From assembly GCA_011364925.1 (NCBI GenBank), contig RDOA01000039.1:1-37096 (forward strand): a stretch of DNA of 37,096 nt, in the 5' to 3' direction. Of this stretch, positions 9,888 through 17,659 are shown piece by piece. A program made the position numbers and the translations under genes. The stretch comes from Promethearchaeota archaeon. Lineage in GTDB: Archaea; Asgardarchaeota; Lokiarchaeia; Sigyniarchaeales; SOKP01. Positions within the stretch are counted from its first letter, which is position 1; the number at the start of each line of letters is the position of its first letter. A model generated the notes under the pieces. The model was not told where the DNA came from, did no database searches, and saw only the letters and a list, made by a program, of their open reading frames with translations.

Positions 9888-9904
9888 TATTTAAAATACG
9901 AAAA
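9888..9904 (-). promoter_or_regulatory. Putative promoter of mini-gene copy 3
   Basis: Minus strand TTTTCG-TAT-TTTAAATA. Confidence 0.6.
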
Positions 9905-10077
9905 TGTAGTGTGAGAAAGTTATACAATTTTTCACTATATTTAAATTCCAGTATTAATAGAAGGATGAAAAATTTTGAAATTTTACATTAAATCAGAGAG
10001 TAAAGTTGGATTAATACATAAATTAATAAAATTTTTTAATGAGTATTTTTTAGAGTAAAAAAAAGAAAGGAAAATAA

Positions 10078-10130
10078 TTGTTTAGCTTAAGAAGAGCATT
10101 CAGACAAATAGCTCTCATAAGCAGCACCAA
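10078..10130 (-). other. Conserved 3' stem-loop of mini-gene copy 4
   Basis: GCTTA/TAAGC and AGAGC/GCTCT stems, followed by a U-rich tract. Confidence 0.65.
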
Positions 10131-10131
10131 T

Positions 10132-10161
10132 TTAGGGGTTAGTACCAGGTTCTCCAGGCAT
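10132..10161 (-). CDS. Nonapeptide micro-ORF copy 4 (MPGEPGTNP)
   Basis: GGAGTGAT-TAAA-ATG CCT GGA GAA CCT GGT ACT AAC CCC TAA. Confidence 0.75.
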   Translation of the reverse strand: MPGEPGTNP

Positions 10162-10273
10162 TTTAATCACTCCTTTCATATATTAAAAATCATGAATCTA
10201 TTCTTCTCTTTTATATATTGTTTAGTGTAGGCATTCCTGTTTTTTCTTCACTAATAGTAAGATTAAAATTGAT

Positions 10274-10290
10274 TATTTAAACTACGAAAA
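10274..10290 (-). promoter_or_regulatory. Putative promoter of mini-gene copy 4
   Basis: Minus strand TTTTCG-TAG-TTTAAATA. Confidence 0.6.
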
Positions 10291-10342
10291 TAACGTAACA
10301 GTCTTTAATAAAAATGTTGAACTCAGGTTTTGAATATTAATA

Positions 10343-11554
10343 TTACAACAAATCAGAGGGTAAGATCGGTTTAATCAAAAGATTTCTAAAATTATTAGCT
10401 GATGGAAATTCCCCGTATTTATTTTTGATCATATTCATTCCGAGATTATATGTAAAAACATTTTTCGAGTAGACAGGATCTTTAAGGGCTCTAATTTGGT
10501 TTACAAGTAGATCTTCATTAAAGAGCTCATGACTTTTGCCGTAATTAATTAATTTAGCATCAGTGTAATTATCAATGAGTGCATGATATGCAAAATTATA
10601 CCAAAAAAGTGAAATCTTGTGTTTTACGCTATATTGTCCAATCATAGTTTCAATCGAATCTTCATCAAAAATATTTGGACAAAACTCATTCAATCCAATT
10701 TCTACCTGATCTCTATAAGAAAAGAGCACATTTACAGCAATATCTGCTATACCTTCACTTATTATTAATTTAGGAGAATTTAGGAGCAAAATTGAGTGTT
10801 CAAATTGATTTAATTCTCTACACAATTTTAATTCTTTAACGACAAACTCTGTGTGGTGACCTGGATACCCCTCATGAGCAGAATGCATAAGTAAATTAGT
10901 CCAATACATATGAAATCTCGGATTAACTTCGATTCGACTCTTATAATTACCTAAGTACCAATCATAACAAGTCCATTTTATACTGTCCTTGTCTGTTTCT
11001 TCTGTTATTTCTAAAAATATTTCTTCATTTTCAGGTAAGAGATTGCTAAATAATTCCTTTGTGCGTTTTTCTACGATATCGAGTGCTTTTTTAAAAAATT
11101 CATAAACTTTTTCTTCGGGAACTCTTCTTTTAATTCTTAATTTTTTAATGCGTTCTTCAAGATTTCCATTACTACCGTGAGCATCTGCATATTCTCTTTT
11201 TAAGTTATCCAGTTCTGTTTCATTCGCTGGTTGTAATGTAACATCATAAATCTTTAAAAATTGATTTTCAATAGAAATATTGGAACCGTTTAAAATTTCA
11301 ATAGAGGTTTTCATAGCTATTAATAATTTCTTTAGATAGCACTCGCGTTCTTTATCATAACCTTGTGATCCTAATTGTTTAATTAAAGAAATTGAATCTT
11401 TTAACAATTTACTCGGCGATGTAAGAGGTTCAGTTTGAACAATTTGACTAAGTTTCTCTGGTCCATAATAGAAATCAATATAACCCTTAAAATGTCTATT
11501 AATTCTCAAGGCCAATAGTAGAAATTCTTCCCCAAAACATGATAGTTTTACCAT
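10343..11554 (-). CDS. DUF885-like putative zinc metallopeptidase, paralog B
   Basis: HEGYPGHHTE and SEGIA; colinear with 7189..8397 from the N-terminus to the C-terminal PILPSDL. Confidence 0.75.
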   Translation of the reverse strand: MVKLSCFGEEFLLLALRINRHFKGYIDFYYGPEKLSQIVQTEPLTSPSKLLKDSISLIKQLGSQGYDKERECYLKKLLIAMKTSIEILNGSNISIENQFLKIYDVTLQPANETELDNLKREYADAHGSNGNLEERIKKLRIKRRVPEEKVYEFFKKALDIVEKRTKELFSNLLPENEEIFLEITEETDKDSIKWTCYDWYLGNYKSRIEVNPRFHMYWTNLLMHSAHEGYPGHHTEFVVKELKLCRELNQFEHSILLLNSPKLIISEGIADIAVNVLFSYRDQVEIGLNEFCPNIFDEDSIETMIGQYSVKHKISLFWYNFAYHALIDNYTDAKLINYGKSHELFNEDLLVNQIRALKDPVYSKNVFTYNLGMNMIKNKYGEFPSANNFRNLLIKPILPSDLL

Positions 11555-11666
11555 AATAATTTCAGTAAGGAGATTCTGATCAAATTAATATAATTCCCTG
11601 TGATTATTAAATTTACTAAGTAAAAATCAGATTTATTTAAGAAAGAAAAAGCTGAAAAGAATTATA

Positions 11667-12251
11667 CTACTTGCCACGACCTTTATTTGCTCCTAAACTT
11701 GGTCTTGTTTTTTCAGAACCCCAGCCTTTTTTATGTAAACCTCTGGCTCTTTGACCCGCAGAAGTTAAGCCTCGAGAAGCTCTTCGAGTATGTTGAGGTT
11801 CGCAAATCCAATTGATTTTTGGATCTGATTTAATAACGGGATGGTTTGGATCGACCAAAATTACTTCGTAATACCAACTCCTTCCATCCACATAAACTTT
11901 ATAGCTATTTAGTACCTCTAAATTTGGATATTTTCTTTGTACGCGCTCTTCAGCGACCCACTGCAGATTTTTACCAGTCGTGTACTTAGAGACACCCATA
12001 GCTCTGGGTTTCCTTCCCCGTTTAGGTCGAACTTTATGCATTCCACCTTTTCTGATTCTTGCTCGAACAATGACATAGCCTTGTTTGGCTTTATAGCCTA
12101 ATGTTCTTGCTCTATGTAATTTCGTCGGTTTTTCAACGCGTTCGATCGCTTTCCCTTTTCGATATTTAATCCCTCGTTCCCAATGAGGTGTTTTATATCC
12201 AGAATCGTGTTTTTCGAACGTATCCTTCACATATTGATATCCAGACTTCAT
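11667..12251 (-). CDS. rpl15e: 50S ribosomal protein L15e
   Basis: ARTLGYKAKQGYVIVRARIRKGG, AEERV.RKYPNLEVLNSY, EVILVDPNHP, RGLTSAG. Confidence 0.97.
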   Translation of the reverse strand: MKSGYQYVKDTFEKHDSGYKTPHWERGIKYRKGKAIERVEKPTKLHRARTLGYKAKQGYVIVRARIRKGGMHKVRPKRGRKPRAMGVSKYTTGKNLQWVAEERVQRKYPNLEVLNSYKVYVDGRSWYYEVILVDPNHPVIKSDPKINWICEPQHTRRASRGLTSAGQRARGLHKKGWGSEKTRPSLGANKGRGK

Positions 12252-12406
12252 GATCTAAGTAGTCTCTAATTTTGTAATAAATAATGAAATCAAGAAAAAT
12301 TAATTAATTTTATTATTTTATCATCTTTTTGGATTGTAAATAATTTTATAACCTCACTCTGATTTTTATAAGTAACACACCCTCGTTTATTTTAGAGCTC
12401 GTAACC

Positions 12407-12904
12407 ATGGAAAGCGAAGAGAAAAAGGAAAAAGGACCGAAGAAGAATTTAGATGTAACGGATAAGGACGGTTTGAAAATCGCTTACGATACCGAGGAAT
12501 TTAAGCGCCAGTTTCCTCAATTAATGCAAGAATTATCTGAAAAGAAGAAATCTCTAAAAATCGAAGGCGTTGATTACGAAATTGAGCAACAAAATGTAGA
12601 ACCAATAGAAAATCAAAATACAAAATATTGCGAAAACTTACATAATCCAAGTGCTATTGATTTTATCAGGCGATGTACAAAAGTAGAGGATGCTTTGGGG
12701 ATTTTAGATTATTTACTAAAAAGACAAGAGTTAGATTTTCAAGATTACAATATATTAAAAAATCAGATTAACGAAGAGGGTGGATTAGAGAAATTAATAG
12801 CTGATTGCGGTGGCTTGAAAACTCCGGGATATTACGAAAGGAAGTTTCCAAGGAAAATTAATACTTTAGAAGACGATCAAACTAAAACTAAGAATTTAGA
12901 TTGA
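12407..12904 (+). CDS. DUF2095-family archaeal protein
   Basis: EEFKRQFPQL, PSAIDFIRRC...EDALGILDYL, K.PGYY. Confidence 0.75.
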   Translation: MESEEKKEKGPKKNLDVTDKDGLKIAYDTEEFKRQFPQLMQELSEKKKSLKIEGVDYEIEQQNVEPIENQNTKYCENLHNPSAIDFIRRCTKVEDALGILDYLLKRQELDFQDYNILKNQINEEGGLEKLIADCGGLKTPGYYERKFPRKINTLEDDQTKTKNLD

Positions 12905-12979
12905 TGATGAACTTATGACAATTGTAAGAGCTATTGCTCGTAGCAATGACGTTGTCGCCCCAAACTGAAATCTAAATTC
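12892..12979 (+). ncRNA. C/D-box guide sRNA; D guide predicted to target the 23S rRNA P-loop (Gm2251 equivalent)
   Basis: Box C ATGATGA 12904-12910, box D CTGA 12965-12968, perfect 11-bp terminal stem GAATTTAGATT/AATCTAAATTC; guide TGTCGCCCCA complementary to UGGGGCG. Confidence 0.75.
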
Positions 12980-12982
12980 GAT

Positions 12983-13237
12983 TTAAAAATTTGATTCAAT
13001 TTTATCTCTAAAGCTTAGTCCTTTATCAGTTAAAACATATCCCTCATCATTTTTTACAACGAGTTTTAGCTCCAAGAGCACTGGAACTCGTCCTTTAATA
13101 CATGCCATTGGTAGACCAGAGAAAATTTTCATTGTTTCAAAGTCTTTTGCTCCCTTATCAATAGCAAGGAAAATATCAACACCCATGTTTCCAAGTAAGT
13201 ATTTTAAATCCTGGAATGACTCGTCTTCTTTGCTCAT
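12983..13237 (-). CDS. Small winged-helix protein
   Basis: 84 aa; ...LLELKLV....GYVLTDKG wing motif. Confidence 0.65.
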   Translation of the reverse strand: MSKEDESFQDLKYLLGNMGVDIFLAIDKGAKDFETMKIFSGLPMACIKGRVPVLLELKLVVKNDEGYVLTDKGLSFRDKIESNF

Positions 13238-13243
13238 ATCTGC

Positions 13244-14419
13244 TTAATCCCCTTTCGGTTTATACTTTTTTGCGATAACCGGTTTCGATTCTTTCGGAAG
13301 CGATTTTCTTAAGTATTCGGGAAACGCTGTGCTTATTTGGATATTAGCTTTTAAAAAGATATATCGCTCGTTTTTGTATTTTAATTCTTCAATAACATCG
13401 TGTTTTTTAAGGAATGAAAGTGAGGAATTAAGATGATCTAGAGCCCGTTTCGACACTAGTTTCGGTAATTTATCTTTAGAGATTAATCCACTCCTTAATT
13501 CTGAAAGAAGATTGTATTTTCTAGGATCTGATACGATTTGAAATAATGCAAATGAGTCTTCTTCTAGTTCTTCATCAGTTTTTTTTTCGTAGATACTAAA
13601 ATATTCTTGAACTTTTGGGAGAAACAGCTCTATTAATTCTAGTTCTATTAAATCAGGATTTTCATCAATATATTCGATAACACTATCAGGAGGTATGCGT
13701 TCAGCATTCACTTCTTTTAATAATAACACATATTTCTCGACTATTCCGATTTGATTTATGAATATGAATTGCTTTGAAACCAGCGTATCGATAAGTTCTT
13801 TAAAATCTAAATTTGGAAAAGTATCATTATACCACTCTCTTAATTCCTCTAATGCAATTGGACCTTTAGATAACTTTTTAAGAGTTAGGAATATAAACTT
13901 TTTATTTAATAACGCTGCGATTTTTTCTTCTTCGCTTTTTTCCCTTGTATCTTCAAGAGTAGCCCAGTATAACTCTTTAACCCATAATTTTATCAAGGAA
14001 TTGTTTTTATAGATAAGATCCTTATCGGGTTCGTCAAAATTATTGATGTCGTTAATGTAAAATGCAGTATAAATCTCTTCATTAGATAAGAGTTTCTCTA
14101 AAAATTCAGTACATAATGCATTTACATTTTGTTCAATTTCAGAATTAATTTGTTGATCAAAAATAATAGAAACCATTAGCATTTCCTTATTTCCACGAGC
14201 CCAATCAGAGTAAATTTCGAAGTAATAATTATTCGAACTATTTTTTTCAAATGAGTGAGTAAAAAAACCTTCGCTAACCGTTTGATCCATTATATTCGCT
14301 ATTCTGGCTGATAGTTGTTCGTCTAACATGTTTTCCGGATAGGAATAAAACACCAACGGACCTATTTTTCGATGGAAATAACATAAAGCTACAATTGGTT
14401 TCAATTGTTGGATCTCCAT
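13244..14419 (-). CDS. Longin/uDENN (NPRL2-like) domain protein with probable C-terminal winged helices
   Basis: N-terminal LCYFHRKIGPLVFYSYP and ARGNKEMLMVSIIFD resemble uDENN/longin motifs (recognised by eye). Confidence 0.6.
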   Translation of the reverse strand: MEIQQLKPIVALCYFHRKIGPLVFYSYPENMLDEQLSARIANIMDQTVSEGFFTHSFEKNSSNNYYFEIYSDWARGNKEMLMVSIIFDQQINSEIEQNVNALCTEFLEKLLSNEEIYTAFYINDINNFDEPDKDLIYKNNSLIKLWVKELYWATLEDTREKSEEEKIAALLNKKFIFLTLKKLSKGPIALEELREWYNDTFPNLDFKELIDTLVSKQFIFINQIGIVEKYVLLLKEVNAERIPPDSVIEYIDENPDLIELELIELFLPKVQEYFSIYEKKTDEELEEDSFALFQIVSDPRKYNLLSELRSGLISKDKLPKLVSKRALDHLNSSLSFLKKHDVIEELKYKNERYIFLKANIQISTAFPEYLRKSLPKESKPVIAKKYKPKGD

Positions 14420-14556
14420 TTATTTTTGTATTATGGTTTTTCTTAAATTTTTAATAGTCTTCCCTAGAATAAATTAATATTAAAGGTTATATATTCATAA
14501 AAATAAATAAATTTATTTTAATTAAATGAATTTGGAAGGATTTCCCTAGATAAACT

Positions 14557-15297
14557 ATGAGTCCTATAAAACTTGTAGGCTTTGACCTCGATGATTGTCT
14601 TTTTAATTCAACGGGTCTTTCTCAAATAGCAAGAATTAAGGGGATCGATGCGATGATTAATCTAGGGTTAAAAATTGGACGCCAAAAAGCTCTTCTATTA
14701 ATACAAGAAATTGTAGATGAGTATGGTTCAAATTCTTCGAATCATTACGATTACTTTATTAGACGATTAAACCAATATGAAAATTATTCAATTTCTTTCA
14801 ACGAACAAGTTAGGTACGTAGCAGCAGCAGTAATGGCTTACCACGCCCAAAAAATTAAGCTTATAGCACTATACGACGATGTCAAGAAATGTTTAGAGAA
14901 CCTTAAAGATAATTTAATAAAAACAGCGATAATTACTGATGGTATACCGGTAAAGCAATACGAAAAGATTTTACGACTGGGCATCAACGATTTAATCGAT
15001 TTGGTTGTAATATCTGATGAAATTGCTATTAGAAAACCTAATCCTAAGTTATTTTCCTATTGTCTAAACAAATTCCAAGTTAAGGGACATGAAACTATCT
15101 ATGTAGGGGATAATATCTATAAAGACATAGTTCCCGCAAAACAAAATAAAATCCATACTGTCTATATCCACCGGGGGGGTAAATACGATATCAAAATAAC
15201 AGGTGAAAAGATTGCTGATGAGAACAAACCGGACTATGAAATCTCTAAATTAAACGAAATTTTTGATATAATAACTGAACTTAATAAAAAGTATTAG
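14557..15297 (+). CDS. HAD-superfamily hydrolase (archaeal TIGR02253-like)
   Basis: FDLDDCL, ITDG, KPNP, YVGDN..KD. Confidence 0.9.
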   Translation: MSPIKLVGFDLDDCLFNSTGLSQIARIKGIDAMINLGLKIGRQKALLLIQEIVDEYGSNSSNHYDYFIRRLNQYENYSISFNEQVRYVAAAVMAYHAQKIKLIALYDDVKKCLENLKDNLIKTAIITDGIPVKQYEKILRLGINDLIDLVVISDEIAIRKPNPKLFSYCLNKFQVKGHETIYVGDNIYKDIVPAKQNKIHTVYIHRGGKYDIKITGEKIADENKPDYEISKLNEIFDIITELNKKY

Positions 15298-15308
15298 TCG
15301 GCAAAAAA

Positions 15309-16127
15309 ATGGTTCAAATTGCATGTATTCAGCCAGAGGTTAGTCAAGATAATGAAGCATGCTATTTAGAAATTGAGGAACTAATTAAGAAGTTCTTTTC
15401 GAAACATAACTCTTGCGATATTATTTGTTTACCGGAAAGATGGGTTCCCTTAATAAATGAAAAAAAAATAAATGTTCAAAAAGAAAGAGGAAAAAATTAT
15501 CAATTCATTAAGAATCTTGCTAAAGAATATAGCATAGGTATAATCTCGGGAGCTATTTGGGAAAAGAGAGATGCTTCAAATAGACCAAGGATAACTAGCT
15601 ACTTTTTTGATGATTCTGGAGAAGAGATTGGAAGACAAGATAAGCTTCATTTATATTCTCATGAACAAAAAAATTTCGAACCAGGAGAATGCCTTTATTT
15701 ATTTTCTTATAAGAATTTCTGCTTTGCAATTTTAATTTGTTTTGATATGGCATTTTTTGAAACTCCAAGATTAGCTGCTGAAAGTGGGGCTGAAATTCTG
15801 TTCTCCCCTACTCAGATTAGAGAAGAAGGGATAAAAAATTGGGATATTTATTTAAAAGCTCGAGCACTTGAAAATAGAATCCCTGTTGTAGCATGCAATA
15901 CCTATGGAACATTTTTAAAAAGGAACTTTCCAGGACATAGTAAAATCATATCCTTTGTTGAAGATTTTATTTCACCCTCTAAATTAAAGATTGTTGAAGC
16001 TCCCTTTAATTCAAGCGGTTTTGCGTTTGATGATTTTGATTTAAACTTCCCAAAAAAGCTTAGAAAGTTACGATTTAAAGAAATTATAGAAAAAAGCAAA
16101 ATTACTGTAAAGAAAGCAGGTTTATAA
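15309..16127 (+). CDS. Carbon-nitrogen hydrolase (nitrilase superfamily)
   Basis: E-K-C triad: CLPE, KLHL, ICFD; RALEN. Confidence 0.9.
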   Translation: MVQIACIQPEVSQDNEACYLEIEELIKKFFSKHNSCDIICLPERWVPLINEKKINVQKERGKNYQFIKNLAKEYSIGIISGAIWEKRDASNRPRITSYFFDDSGEEIGRQDKLHLYSHEQKNFEPGECLYLFSYKNFCFAILICFDMAFFETPRLAAESGAEILFSPTQIREEGIKNWDIYLKARALENRIPVVACNTYGTFLKRNFPGHSKIISFVEDFISPSKLKIVEAPFNSSGFAFDDFDLNFPKKLRKLRFKEIIEKSKITVKKAGL

Positions 16128-16302
16128 GAGAATTCTTTACATATCCTTGTTTTTCAGGCTAAAATCTTTACAATATATTACTGATCAGTTAAAAATGCTA
16201 CATCTTTATATCCTTTTAGATCCAATGACCCCTCCGTCTCTCGGGGGGTTTAAATATGAAAAGTCAAATTAAAAGTAAAAAATTAAAAATAAAAAAAGAA
16301 AA

Positions 16303-17496
16303 ATGATTTCAACACAGAATAATAATAGCAATTTTGTAGGACCCCGAGCTCTATTTGATCAATCTTATATCCCCCCTCAGATTCTATACCGAAAAAAAGA
16401 AGAAAAGTCTCTCTTCTCAATTCTAAATGATTCATTTTCAGACAATTTCAGTTTAAATGTATTATATCAAGGTATCCAAGGGATTGGAAAAAAAGTCATA
16501 ATAAACAAAGTTATCAGAGATTTATCACTTCTAAATCCCGAACTCTCAACCATTCATAAGGCATATGTAGATTGTACAGATAAAAATTTGGACGAGATTC
16601 TTATTTCTCTCTTATCTGAAATAGGAGCTCATCAGAACTTAAATTTTGATTTTAAGAGCATTATAAATTCAAATATATCTGACTTATGGAATATATTTAA
16701 ATTGACTTGTAAAAAAGCAGATCACAATCTATTATTTGTGTTCAACAATATTGAACAGTTAAAACCAGAATTTTTCAAAAAATTTCTTCAATATGGAAAA
16801 GAAACTAATATAAGCCTAGTTTCTACTGGGAATCAAATCCTAAAAACTTCCACATTAGATGTTTTACCTGAATTCGACATAAAAAAACGATTAAGTTACT
16901 TTTCATATAGGGAACTTCACGATATTATAAAGCAGAGGATTAGTTTGGCTTTTAAACACGAAGTGGATAAAGAATTGATAGAATTCATAACTGATATGAT
17001 TTTTGAGCATCATGTTCCTGTACCCGGTAAAGGAATAGAAATTCTTAGAGATCTTTACCCCTTTTTAAGTAAACAAGTAGAGTTAAATCATTTAGAGATT
17101 TTAGACATACTCCAAAATCAGTTAGAATCTTTACAAATTACGGACGAATTCAGCATGCTTTCGTACATTTCAGAAGCAGAATTATTAATAATAATTTTTC
17201 TCGACAACTTATCTAATTATTTCCTAAAAAAGTCTAATTTCTATATTACAGTAGAGGAATTAAAAGAATTGTATTATGTCTCATGCGAATCCATTAACTT
17301 TGAAAAAAGTGAAGAGGAATTTAAAAATTTAATTACAACGATGAGAAATATTGGAATAATCAATGCTTCAAAGAAAAATTCTATGAACGATTTCAGATAT
17401 TTCAGCGAGAACATCCTAAATTATAATTTTTACTTTATGGTTATCAATCCTCAAAATCTGAAACACATCGTTGATGCAATTTTTAGCAAGCATTAA
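16303..17496 (+). CDS. Orc1/Cdc6-like AAA+ protein with degenerate ATPase motifs
   Basis: F...YIPPQILYR..E start, GIQGIGKK (Walker A), FVFNNIEQL (Walker B), YS..EL..II..R, C-terminal wHTH-like region. Confidence 0.75.
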   Translation: MISTQNNNSNFVGPRALFDQSYIPPQILYRKKEEKSLFSILNDSFSDNFSLNVLYQGIQGIGKKVIINKVIRDLSLLNPELSTIHKAYVDCTDKNLDEILISLLSEIGAHQNLNFDFKSIINSNISDLWNIFKLTCKKADHNLLFVFNNIEQLKPEFFKKFLQYGKETNISLVSTGNQILKTSTLDVLPEFDIKKRLSYFSYRELHDIIKQRISLAFKHEVDKELIEFITDMIFEHHVPVPGKGIEILRDLYPFLSKQVELNHLEILDILQNQLESLQITDEFSMLSYISEAELLIIIFLDNLSNYFLKKSNFYITVEELKELYYVSCESINFEKSEEEFKNLITTMRNIGIINASKKNSMNDFRYFSENILNYNFYFMVINPQNLKHIVDAIFSKH

Positions 17497-17659
17497 TACA
17501 ATCAGAAACCGGTTAATATCACTTACAGAGTTAGAATTATCGTTGATATATGAAAAACTTAAAACTAAACTCTAATTTTTTTTAATGCTGAGTAAGTATA
17601 TATATAGATGAAATTACTCTTTAATTTTATAATAGGATGATGAAATGGCGGTATAAAAA

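Noticed and set aside
6835-10134. Stop-codon readthrough (Sec/Pyl-like) driven by the hairpins
   Set aside because: All stops are TAA, and the frame after the stop is not conserved (indels, and an early TAG in copy 1).
6814-10290. The repeated units as a CRISPR array or MITE family
   Set aside because: The copies are diverged and irregularly spaced, with no identical repeats, terminal inverted repeats or target-site duplications, and variation follows codon wobble positions.
17502-17545. Third C/D sRNA (minus-strand CTGA with guide TAACCGGTTT)
   Set aside because: No convincing box C at a suitable distance; AACCGGTT may be just a palindrome.
16128-17659. Replication origin next to the cdc6-like gene
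   Set aside because: No repeated ORB consensus is visible and the spacers are short.
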